64,000 nt of DNA, taken from the NCBI GenBank assembly GCA_039545335.1, contig BCIN01000006.1, forward strand, positions 1,116,001 through 1,180,000. Direction: 5' to 3'. The position numbers were made by a program, and so were the translations under genes. The notes under the pieces are model-generated. The model was not told the origin of the DNA, did not search any database, and worked only from the letters and a program-made list of their open reading frames with translations. The first letter of the stretch is position 1. Each line of letters opens with the position of its first letter. Origin of the DNA: Kondoa subrosea (taxonomy: Eukaryota). Below, piece after piece: positions 26,257 to 37,750 of this stretch.

Positions 26257-28691
26257 ATGCCAACGAGGTCTACAGCAGCTGCTGCATCTGCTGCCTTGAC
26301 TCAACAAGACAACAGTTCCTCAGAAGAAAGAGCATCAGCTGAAGCTGAGAAGGACAACAACAATGCTTTGATTGAAGATGAAGGGGATGATTCGGATGAT
26401 GATAAGCCTAGCAAGTCTAAAGGAGGTGCAAGTAACGGTGGCGGGAATCAAGGCAGAAGAAAGATTGATATTGAATTCATTGAAGTCAGTCTTGTTTGAA
26501 ATTGTTCATGCGTAGATCCTCTCCGCCCAACTCATGCGCATTGTTCTCATGCACAGGATAAGAACAGTGAGGCTGGCTGTATCTGTGGGCTATTGTATGC
26601 ACGCTGATGGAGTATCACAGAGAGGCACATTACATTCAGCAAGCGGAAAGCAGGTATCATGAAGAAGGTTCATTACATTTCAAACGCATTATTGTCCTTT
26701 GCTGAGCACTTCACCGCAGGCCTATGAACTCTCTACGCTTACTGGAACTCAAGTATTGCTCTTGGTAGTATCGGAAACTGGTCTCGTGTACACCTATACA
26801 ACGTAAGTCCGCCTGTTGTATCACCATGATATGCTCCTCATCAATAAGCAGACCCAAACTCTCTAAACTGGTCATGGCTCGCGAAGGCAAGAACCTCATT
26901 CAGAAATGCTTAACCACTTCGGAAGATGGGCGAACACCTCCGACCGACTATCCAGATCCAAAGGTCAGACACTATGCACCGCGAGGTGTAAAGACACCAG
27001 CAACACCTCTTCCTCTACCTCCTTCGCCAAAGCGACCTACTATGCCTACACCTTCGTCTTCCCATGAAAGTATAGCTTACACGACCAGCGCACCTGCTGC
27101 CAGTATTCCTTCTACTATGGCTTACACAGGAAGTAATAGTGCTCAACAAATTTATGCGCCAGCAACGATTGGAATGACTGTTCCAGGTATTCAACCAATC
27201 ATTACAACTTCTTCCCATAATTCAATTCCAAGCTGTTCTTCCTACGATTACCCATCTTCTTATGCACCGAACACTTTCTCTCCTTCCCCTAATCATCAAC
27301 AGGATTACAGTTATATTCCATTACCACCTATGCCCGTTCCTACAAACAGGGAACAGGAAGAAGCGTCAAGTCAGAAGCCAAGTTTGAAGAAGAGAAAAAC
27401 TGTAGAGAATATCAAGAAAGCGAGCGCGAAAGATGCAAAATTGGCTGAAGCGACTGAAGCGGCTGCTCGGACATTAGAAACAGCTCGGCATGTATGTCGT
27501 GTTTGTCCCCTTGTGCTTTCCCATGATTGACCTGGCATTACACAGGTACCGACGATAGAGAATCTACTAAGAGCATTCACAATGCAAGACGAAGCTACAA
27601 AGACTAACGAAAACTCTCATTTCGAAAGAGGCGTTTCCGCGACCATGACGGAATTACATATGGCTATCAACCACAATCTGCTTTTACCTGGTGGAAATCT
27701 ACCTGATCTGTCAATGTCAAGTCCCATAGAACGGATTGACTCATTGTATCAATATTTCTTCAAAGCTTATATACGTTTGTTATTCCCCTTTGTCATTTGT
27801 GTTCCGTGAGAATTCAGGGCAACGATGTCATACAGCGACGAAATTGGATCTGGATAGAAAAGAACTACAAAACTACGCTAAAGATCTAATTGCCCTCGCA
27901 GGCTGGTTATTAGGTCATGGCTTCATTTCCCACGTTACTCATATCTCTTTAATCCGACATGCAGCAACTGCAAAACTTCCACCCTCCTCTTCCTCTTCTT
28001 CTAACAACAGAAGTCCAACTAGTCCTAGAAAAATCTCATCAAGACAAAAACAAGCGGATCAGATGTTGGCTGATTATTGCGTTTTCGCTAGTGAAAGATA
28101 TATGAACCATTGGGAAAGTAGTGTTACTCCAATTACGGGCTATTTCAACGTCCTAAGCGTCAGCGATACGTTCCTGATTCTGGATGAACCAATAATGGGT
28201 ACGTTCCGTTTCTCCCATTCATATCTTTGAAGAGAAGTACTGAAATGGGTGGTTTTTCAGAGGGAGCTCAAGAATATATTAATACGCTTGCACCGTTCAA
28301 GTTGAGAATGCCAATGTGTCTCAATGTATTGCTGAGAAGAGGTGATTCGATTCATGTAACGATCATGAAAGCCCAAGGTTCTTCTTTCTGGTTACCTACT
28401 GCCTCAGGGTGAGTCTCATCAGTCCTCTTTATGGACCAATATGCTCATTGATTGATGATGTGATAAATACAGGGAAATCACTCCTGTTCCAGAAGATGCA
28501 ATTTTACCAGAATACAACCCTCAACCAAATTTACATCGGTACGAAATGGAACAATGTCAATCTACAGACGATCAAATCGGGTTTCAAGTCGCTTTCGCTG
28601 CTTTCCAGAAATCAAGTAGAGGAGATGCTTTGCTTTCGATGGGCGAATTCGATGATGAAGGTTTTAGACCTAGGGATATGGATCATCATTA
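26257..28691 (+). CDS. SRF-type MADS-box transcription factor (Mcm1-like) with long C-terminal extension
   Basis: Spliced GRRKIDIEFIE|DKN|KRHITFSKRKAGIMKK|AYELSTLTGTQVLLLVVSETGLVYTYT|TPKL; downstream exons continue on the same strand to ~28691, though linkage into one protein is inferred. Confidence 0.88.
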
Positions 28692-28838
28692 AGTAGTCTT
28701 CGTTTCCATAATTTGGGGATGGATGAGAAGGGAGAGGGAATTGATTCGACTTTTGCTGAACAAAGTTTGTTTGTAATTTTGGGTTGTCTTAAATTTCAGT
28801 TTCAATGGCTTTTATACTTTGATCATACATAATGCTCC

Positions 28839-29875
28839 TCAAGCAGCTGCAGCAAGACGTTCTTCCGCCTTACTAAAATTGATGACTTTCCAGATGTTCT
28901 TTGCGGGAAATATGTCAGAGCGCAAGTCAATTCCAAAGAAGGGTAATGCTCACTTTGAGGTAGTCTGGTTTGACGTTCTTGTCTGTATATCTATGTCAGT
29001 TGAGGTCTGCGATCGTATGAAGGTATGCACATTGCAAATAGAAAGCATGTTCCCTGCAGCAGACATCAGCTAGGCACAGTCTGTAGAGGAGGTAACACTC
29101 ACCACATATCAATACCAAACAACGGAGTCAGGCCAATCAGAGGATCCTGGTTAGCTGTGGTAGTAATCTCAATGCCCTTGGTAGCAGTGTTGTATCCCTG
29201 TGACGAACCCTGCTATAAAAGTGCGAATGCAGATCGTTGCAGTGTTCACTCACCGCCCAAACCCATCCGGAACCTTGAATACCTGCAGCAGCAGCATTGA
29301 CTTGAGTCTTGAAGTTCTCGAGTGATCCAAAGTCCTTGTTAATCAATTCCGACAACTTGCCTGTCCACACCGTTTCGAGAGTGTTATCGAATCATGAAGC
29401 ACTCAAAAGACGACGGACCATTTTCAAGTTTCCCACCTTTTTCACTTTCTGGGCTCAAGTTCTCCCAGAAAAGTGAATGATTGATATGACCACCTCCGTT
29501 GAATTTCAAAGCAGCTTGTAAAGCAATTTGTTTCTTGACGTCCTTTTCTGCTACAGCTGCAGCGAATTGCTCTTCTGCTGCATTAAGACCGGTGATATAC
29601 CTTGTTCATCTCATGTCAGCTTGTAATTAAGCAGAAGGTTGGAACATAAGAGAACACACGTTTGATGATGTTTGCTGTGGTGCAATTCCATGATTTGACC
29701 AGAGATAGCTGGCTCCAAAGCCTGGGTCGATACAAATGAGCAATTTAGCCATAACCTCATCATTAGTCGGACAGACATTGTATTCGTAAGGCAGAGCAGG
29801 CAGGGTGTGCTTGCTTCTGATAGCTCCAAAGGCTCTGTTGAGAGGGATTGCTGATCTTCTGACTGCTGCCAACAT
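28839..29875 (-). CDS. SOD2: Mitochondrial Mn-superoxide dismutase
   Basis: Presequence [76 protein letters not shown]. Confidence 0.97.
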
Positions 29876-29929
29876 GCTTGTATGCGAATGAGAATATTGT
29901 TAATCTGGAACGTCCATACAATCCGCAAG

Positions 29930-30607
29930 ATGGTAAGCCGAAGCCATCAAGCACAGCTCAGACAGCTCACATGCACTTACAGAAGGTCACATACAAGAAA
30001 TACAACGCTGTAGCGACGTATATCCTTCTTTCACGATCAGCTGTGTACCCTGTGACTGACCATACGCAAACAGCTGGAAATGGAACCTGCAGCCTGGAAG
30101 TATCGATAATCAAGTTTTGTACGATGCATCCAAAGCTAAATCGCTTGACGAAGAGGAGGAAGAAGATGTTTGCGGAATCTGTCGAGCGGCTTTCGAAGCT
30201 TGTTGCCCAGATTGCAAGAAACCAGGTGATGATTGTCCTCTTAGTCCGTTCTCTATCTCTTCTTCTTCTCTTTCCTTTCAAGATCTAAGTGATTGTGATC
30301 AGTCTTTGGTGAATGCACGCACATCTTTCATATGCATTGTCTTCTCAAATGGCTCAATACCGAGTCAAGTAAGAACAACTGTCCAATGGATCGAAGACCA
30401 TGGGGTGCGTTTTCTTCTCTTCGTCTGCCTTTGTTACAATCCGCTCATGATGTATTTCGGTCAACAGTAACGGCTGAACAGAAAGCACCAAACGCACCAC
30501 CTAATCCTCCTTCATCCGGCGCCGCATCACGTAGAACTCGACGTATGCCTCATCGAACACCTCGAAGAAGTGAAGCTGAAGGCAATTCGACGAGACGCGA
30601 CAGTTGA
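29930..30607 (+). CDS. APC11: APC/C RING-H2 subunit 11
   Basis: ATG|gtaag, KVTYKKYNAVATWKW, DVCGICRAAFEACCPDCKKPGDDCPL, HIFHMHCLLKWL..CPMDRRPW. Confidence 0.95.
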
Positions 30608-30806
30608 AAAGCGGAGTTTTATTCGTCGCAGTATTGTATCACTACCAGCTATGTATATACGCATTTGCATTCATTAGCATTGTTTTATTGCACTCCTATG
30701 CCTGGTCCGACGCGAGTCTATTCCTTATTGACTTCCGTTGACCACTGGCAAAGCTGTGTATATTCATTCTTTCCCCTTGACGACGAGCTCTTTCAGCAGA
30801 CAGATA

Positions 30807-32882
30807 ATGTCAGAGCCTCGTTCAAGACAAGTGTCATACCAGTCTTTTGATGACCTGATACCCAAATCCCCCGCATCTACATTCAGTCGGAAACCTGGTT
30901 TACATCGTCGAACGGTTTCCTCTGGCGGGTTAGGTAGAGGTGATGGGTTATCTTTCACTGTGAGATTGTATGGAGAAGATTCAGATGAGGACACTGCAGA
31001 AGAGAGCGAGGCTAGTAGGAAGTTGAATACCAAACAACTGCTTGGACTATGTATCAGCATGCTTGGGGCGCAACTTGTTTGGAGTGTCGAATTTGGATTT
31101 GGTTCAGTATGTTCTATTTCGTACTTCTATATGGCCTCGTAATGCTCAAGCATTGAAAGTAGCCTTTCTTGCTCAGTCTTGGTCTAACGAAACAACTCGC
31201 TTCACTTATTTGGCTAGCAGCACCTATGACTGGTCTAATCTGTCAACCTATCATTGGCGCTTTGAGCGACGCAGAAACACATAATTACAGAAGAAGGAAG
31301 TATATCTTACTCTCTAGCTTCTTCATTGCCTTCTTCGCATTTGGCGTCGCGTATTGTAGGAATATCGCTTCTGCTATTGTATCGCTGACTGGAGAAGAAG
31401 AATGGGATCCTTCTCGAACAGCCAAAGTTAGTAAATTAGCCATCTTCATCGCAATACCTTCTTTCTGTATGTCTCTCTCTCTCTCCTCTTCTGCATTTGT
31501 TGACATGCTTACACTATGGTGCAAGGGGGACTCGACTTCTCACTCAATGCATTACAAGCTTCTTCTCGCGCTTTAATACTAGACACTGCTTCTGGATCGC
31601 AACAATCATCCGCAAACGCTTGGCAAGGTCGCTTGACACATTTAGGCAACATTATCGGCTACTCACTTGGATTTATCGATCTGACTTCCGCTCGAGCAAT
31701 TCATTGGATTCCTGGAAATCAGTTTGCCAAACTCGTCGTTTGCGCTGTTGTCTGTATGTGGCTATGTACAGCAATAACGTGCATTTCAACAAAGGAGAAG
31801 AGTCCTGATTATATTGAAGAAGAGAACAAAGGAGGATTGAAGAGTTCGCTGAAGATGTTCAAGAGTATTAGGCAAACGATTATGCAACTACCGCTAGCTG
31901 TCAAGAGAGTCTGCTATGTCCAGTTCTGGGCTTGGCTCGGCTGGTGAGTTAAATGCGATAGTATCTCCGATGAGCTAATGTTTAAGAAATAGGTTTCCCT
32001 TCTTATTCTTCTCCACCACTTTCGTTGCCGAACAATTTGCCGCATCACATCCTTCTTATGCAGCAGATAGTGATGAAGCTCTTCGCTATGGATCACTAGC
32101 TCTGTTATCTTATTCGATAGTCGCGTTCCTTTCCGGTATCTTCTTACCAGGCTTACAAGAACTCGGTAGCTCAACATATCTTCTTTCCCGTCCTTCCACA
32201 TTCTTCTGGAACAAAATAAGACAGATACTTCAAGTTTGTACTTTGAGAAATACATGGACTTTCGGACATCTTTTCTTTGCTGCAACAATGTTTATCTCTT
32301 ATTTCGTCAATTCGGTCGAAGGAGCATTGATCTGTATGTCGGCTGTTGGAGTTTGTTGGTCAATCACATGTTGGGTCCCCTTTGCTTTGGTCATGGAAGG
32401 AGTTAGAGCCGCCGAAGGGTCGGATCAAAGCGATGATGATGAAGGTGAAGGAAGAGCGAATGCTAAAAGGGCATTGAGTGAGTGTGAGCCACTGAATGGA
32501 CGGACGAAAGGTAGCAGTGGAGCTACGATGTTGGGCATACGTGAGTGTTTTCAATCCGCACAACGATAGTGCTGATGAGAAAGTAGACAATTTGGCTATT
32601 GTTGCGCCGCAATTTGTAAGACTATTCTATCTTAGAAATCTGTGCTGACTAGTCATGCAGATTGTTAGCATAATCTCATCAGGAATCTTCAAGCTGATCG
32701 ACATGCAAGATCCGCCGGATCAGCATACCAATCCAGCCAAGCGGAAAGATGTGGTCTATGTTTTCCTCTTCGGAGGATTTGCTGCGCTGGTCGCAGCCGT
32801 CGTTTCGCTTTCGGTACCGCCGACTGGATCTGAGCAAGATTATGTGGAAGACCTGAAAGCGGCTAATGGAATCGCAAGTTAG
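30807..32882 (+). CDS. GPH/SUT-family (SLC45-like) sucrose/alpha-glucoside transporter
   Basis: LGAQLVWSVEFG, IWLAAPMTGLICQPIIGALSD, RRRKY, LDFSLNALQASSRALILD, VCYVQFWAWLGW, NLAIVAPQF. Confidence 0.92.
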
Positions 32883-32950
32883 GTTGTATTTTATGTGTCA
32901 CTACTGGTATACCCAAACATTTCAGATGATGCATTTGTACAATTTTCGTT

Positions 32951-33043
32951 CTACCATTCACTTTCCACCTGCTCGGGGAAAACCAGCATGAAATCATGTC
33001 TCTTCTTTCCCATCTCCCTCTTTTCCGTGTTTTAATATGCCCT
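32951..33043 (-). pseudogene. Decayed duplicate of the 3' end of the HD-domain gene (35118-35212)
   Basis: Translates REMGKKRHDFMLVFPEQVESEW* vs REMGKQRHDFMLAFLQQVKSEW* (17/22 identical); net 2-nt deletion upstream. Confidence 0.9.
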
Positions 33044-33171
33044 TCACTGAAAGCATGAAATGATGTCGGGCTGGGCGAGGTCCGCTGATCGGCTTGACAC
33101 CTTTGCTCGGTCCCGGCTTAGCATGAAAATGTTTAGTCTAGAATTGCAAGAACGGAAAAACAGCATGGCGA

Positions 33172-34900
33172 TTATTTACATAAAGTCACGGTGAGCTGTA
33201 TATGCAATACAGTCGCATCTTTAACCCAACGGTCTCCACTCGACTTGGGATGGAACCAGGTGGTAGTTGTTATGATCGCAAACTGCTTGAGCCGCTTGCT
33301 GCATGAAACGAAATTTGTTCCCAATAAGGGCGTCGACCCATTCGATGGTCTTCTTTTCCACCTTCTGTCTATACTGTCGCTACAAACAAGCATAACGCAT
33401 ATTAGTACTGATGTCATATAAGATAGGGCTTTTATGAACCTTGACGATTATAGCTTGCTTCTGCTGATGTTGAGCTTCTAATGGAGTGACTCGCATGACA
33501 ACTCTACAAAAGAAGAGAACGCTGGTAATAGCCTGATGGAGAGGAACAAGCTCAATTGTAAAGTCGTTTGCAACTGTTCCCGTCAGAGGTGTAGAAAAGG
33601 CTCGACAGTGTAGGTCCAGGCCCTTGAAATGCAAATCATGCAGCTGCTCGTGGCCATCGAGAGGATGAAACGGATTGTCAAAACGGGGAGACTCTCTAGA
33701 AGTCGGGATGTTGCAGAACAGAGCAGAAGGAGCTTTAAATGGATCAATCGCCATTTGACCCTCCTGACTGTGAACAGCGCCCAAGCGTCGGTAGTAGTTT
33801 GTTGCGCCAGCACTTTCCGTCATATTCCAATACAAGATTTGCACCCCAAAATGACGAGCAGTGATCAAGACCAGATCAAATAGGAGGGCAGAAATAGTTG
33901 GAGTGCTGTCTTGTATGTGAACTTTAGCTCTGCGATAGTCTTCGAAGCAGTACACGTTATCCATACGAGCAGACCAGGACTGGGCATTCTTAGAGAAAGA
34001 AAGATAGGCGTGCGCAATAGGTTTCATTTTGTTTGTGGACTTCGTAGAAGGTTTTTTTAATTCGATGTGAAGTAGTGCTTGGTCTTTCAAGCCATTGAAC
34101 CGTGGCCAAATCTCGCGCCTTCGTCCCTTTTATTGCATGACTCGATCCAGCTGATGTCCACTTCCAAGACGGAACGAATAGAATTTCTTTCTCTTCGCCA
34201 TTGGAGAGAGTAACTTTACGAGGGATTTTCAGCAAGCTCAGCACTGCGTCGTTGGAAGGGATCATATTGAAGATGAAATGCCGCAAGATAAGCCACGCAA
34301 GATTATTCGCCTTGGCAGATGGTGATAATGATGTTGGATCAGGAAAAGGAGCAGGATTCGTCTGAAGTCATGAACGAATGGCGATGAGAAGCAATCGGAC
34401 TTCCGATATTCGAATCGCCTGACCATACGTCCGGCGATATCCACTAGCTGCTGGCCAAAAGAACTGGCTGTAACATCCTTATACCAGACTGGACGAGCCA
34501 TTCACAAAGGCCATCCAGCATAAAAATTTGATATTGCGTATCTTGCTCGAAGGTCGAATGTCTTCTCACAGCCCCTTAGCTGACATCGTTCGAACGACGA
34601 TGATGTCTGTCCTGGGCGACTAGGCCATGTCCTACGGCTACACTCTCCATTCGTTGGTTGAGCAATTGGAACTCTTGCTGCCGACCATCATTGCAATCTG
34701 GCTGAAGCTGCGTCGTCTGCTACTGTCGTATAGACGATTCTGGCGAGCGAGTTGGACAGCGCACGTAAAGGTCTTGCGAAGTGAAGATGTCGTCCTTAGC
34801 AGAAGACGAAGCAAGTTCCAGTCCGTTCGAAATCAGATTGGGACAGTCTGCAGGATTAGATCTACAGACAGTTCTATAATAGCTATTTTCTGGGCTGCTA
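33172..34900 (-). pseudogene. Disrupted orphan gene containing a GNAT-acetyltransferase-like segment
   Basis: RMDNVYCFEDYRR..ISALLFDLVLITARHFGVQILYWNMTESAGATNYYRRLGA resembles GNAT motifs A/B; frame change near an A7 run (~34052-34058) and in-frame stops. Confidence 0.5.
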
Positions 34901-35117
34901 ATCAATGTCTTTCTCCTACCTAGCCATCTTGGAGATCTGCGGTATATTTACAGGCAAAGAATTGGAACTTCTGGAATCGCGGATGTCTGGGTCCAGCTCT
35001 TTGGTCTTCTATGCTATACGAACAATCTCTATGACATGCAGAAGCTGCTGTTATTTTTGCGTTCCCGATTCCATACTCTTTACAAAGACGGCTCAAGTCG
35101 ACGGTCGTATGTTACAA

Positions 35118-35920
35118 TTACCACTCACTCTTCACCTGCTGTAAGAATGCCAGCATGAAGTCATGTCTCTGTTTTCCCATCTCCCTTCCTTTCTTTGTCT
35201 TCAGCATGCCCTGCAGTTTGAGCAGCTTGTCGTGGTAATGCGCTATCGAGCAGCTCTTGTCTAGCTCTTGATTTTCATCCCGCTTCATCAAAGGCCTGTT
35301 GCTTGCACAGCTGAAAGCAGAGCATCTCATGATCCCAGTTGCTCCCATAGCATCCAATTTGTCAGCATCTTGCACGCTGTCTTGTTTCATCAGTTGATGC
35401 TGATGTATCGTACGAGTTTCCTACCAATGCAGTTCCAAACATGTCGCATGCCACTCCGTTTGCTCTCCTTTTGCGATTCGCTTCACTTCCTTGCTGTAGC
35501 TAACATTCTCCACCACTTTCAATATCAATTCCTTTTCATCTGCTTCAACCGGATTCCTCTCGAAGAATTCATGCAGTATGCTTCGATCTGACGAAGAGGT
35601 GTATTTGCTGTCGAACAAGTCATGAAAGAGTGCTGCTCTGCAATCCCTTCTTGAGTTGAGCTGCCTTCATCGAGACTGAAAGAACGAACAGATGGACAAT
35701 GAACACATTCGCGCCTGTAGAGGAAGCTAGTCCTAAAGCTGTCCTTACGACTCTTTCTACATGGAGGTAATCGTGCGAAGGGTCATAAGAAGCCATACTG
35801 CCAATCCAAACAAATGAGTTGATCCAATTGATCACGTCCAATAGCAGAATTGACGTACTGCTGGCGCGTCAGTTCTTCTGCTGCTTTGATGATGCTCTGT
35901 GATTGTTCTGATGTCCTCAT
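35118..35920 (-). CDS. HD-domain phosphohydrolase (YedJ-like)
   Basis: YDPSHDYLHVERV, AALFHDLFDSKY, VQDADKLDAMGATGIMR, HYHDKLLKL..RHDFM. Confidence 0.92.
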
Positions 35921-35978
35921 GGTCGCTGCCTGTCAAGATCATAACAATCATTTTGACGCGCCGATACGCGATTTCAAG

Positions 35979-37014
35979 ATGACTAATGCCACGGCAGCTG
36001 TAGCTCTGCTGCAGGACAGAAGTGACTCAAGTGAGCACTCGTACGCTAAGAACACTGTGTGGGGCAGATTTTCATTGTCAAAATTTGAGATCCCCCTTTG
36101 ACCGAAAGCGATCATCTCCAATCATCTCTCTTCCAACAGTCAAGCTGGATACACGACCAGGACTTATTGCTTTGGGCGTCGGGCTTCTGGGTATCTATCT
36201 GTGGAATCAATGAGCACAGCAAGTGGACAGCGCGCCGAAGAAGGTTGAACAAGCAATGTCTGATCGAAGATGTTGGGCTTGTTCGAAGGAAGGATGTACC
36301 AAGAAATGTTCTCGTTGCTCAACAGGTACAATTTATATGATTGCAGAGCTGATACGCTCGTCTGATCTGTTGTGATGATTAGGGTATACTGTTTTGAAGC
36401 TTGTCAAAGATCCAATTGGTCAGACCATAAACCGAATTGCGTGCCTATAGCCAGCACAACTTCTTCTAATGCTTCTGCTACTTCTTCATCATCATCTCTA
36501 CCTAAATCTACAGAAGGTTGGATCATACACCCCAAAGGTTTCAGTTCTCAACATCCCAATCCTACTGCCTCAAGAGAATCGATCCTAGCTCATTTAGAAC
36601 CAATGTAATGAAGTTTCAGAAAAAGCTCAACTCTGCAGGAAATACGGTTGGAAGAATGCAATTGAAGTTGGCAAAGCTTATAACCGAGCTGGAAATAATG
36701 ATTGGTATTACTTTGTTTATGGAACTTCAACTTCTTCTTCTTCAACAAATCAATTACAAGCAAATCCATTAGGTTCTTCACTTTGTTATGGAACTGCAAA
36801 AGCGCCTGTGGTCGTCGTGAAAAGTGGACCTTTGGCTGCAAGTGGTCAAGCAGATTGGGAAAGACATCCGGATATTGAGTTGAATGATTTGGTCGCTAGT
36901 TTGGAATGGTACAGAGATGGAGCTGATAGAAGACAAGTTTTCTCGGAAAGAGAAATGCAAAGACTCATGGGCGGAGCAAGAACAAGACAGACTGTATTTA
37001 GTAGGTCTAATTGA
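35979..37014 (+). pseudogene. MYND zinc-finger protein with N-terminal TM segment; apparently disrupted
   Basis: CWAC..CSRC|YCFEACQRSNWSDHKPNC; in-frame TGA at 36211-36213 after GIYLWNQ; frame break at ~36603 between HLEP and CNEVSEK..GWKNAIEVGK..WYYFVYG. Confidence 0.65.
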
Positions 37015-37750
37015 GCAAAAGGGTACAAAAGCCAAAATTCAAAGAATCCAATTTATACAAAGCAAGGATGAAATGTTGCTGCGAACAAATCTTGTACGGA
37101 GAATCGTGATTACCGAAGGAAAAAATTGCGACTGCTCGTCCACCAGACAAGACCTATAAGTTTGTTCTGTTGCTACTGCTGCCTTCGCTAGCGGTGCAGA
37201 ATAGCTCTTGCGGATGTTCAATCGATCTGGTATGCCAGCAACAGTCTCATAAAAGTGTAAGAGGTCAGATGGAAGGTTTGCAAGAGAAGAGAAAGAGAGA
37301 ATGCAGCCTAGACATAAAGCATTGACTGAAGAAATGAGGGAAACCTTGGTGAATCATAATGATCAGGCGAGCAAGGCCTAGTTAACCGCGACAGAACACG
37401 ATCATCGGTGCTCTTGTTCGAGTAAATGCACAGGAGTCATTCGCAGCGCAAAGGAAGACTTTGGCGATGCACAGATGGAACAGCATGAGGTACAGCGCAA
37501 AACACAGAACAGAGGCAGAAATAGCAGTCCTTGAGAAGAAGCCATCGAATATGCCCATACGCAGATTTTTAAGCAGCAGAGGCTTTATCAATGATTCTTT
37601 GAGATCTCCAAGCGATGGCCAGCGAAATATCGACAGAACAGCCCTTGAATGACCTTGCTACACGAATTCGGCTTGATAGCAAGTGTCCCACCCAGTGGAG
37701 CCTCTACTCAGTTCACTTTGAGCTCTTTGTTTGGTTGATCAACTTCAACC

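Noticed and set aside
32985..33170. AGCATGAAA recurring at 67-68 bp spacing, superficially CRISPR-like
   Set aside because: Only 9 bp and three copies, one inside a coding relic; eukaryotic context and no cas genes
35956..35971. Two ACGCG (MCB-like) cores between the HD and MYND genes
   Set aside because: Five-base motifs are too short to support a regulatory call
8754..36213. Selenocysteine or alternative-code explanation for in-frame TGAs
   Set aside because: TGA is the normal stop of several conserved genes here (SOD2, OXA1, APC11); no SECIS seen; the MYND gene also has a frameshift
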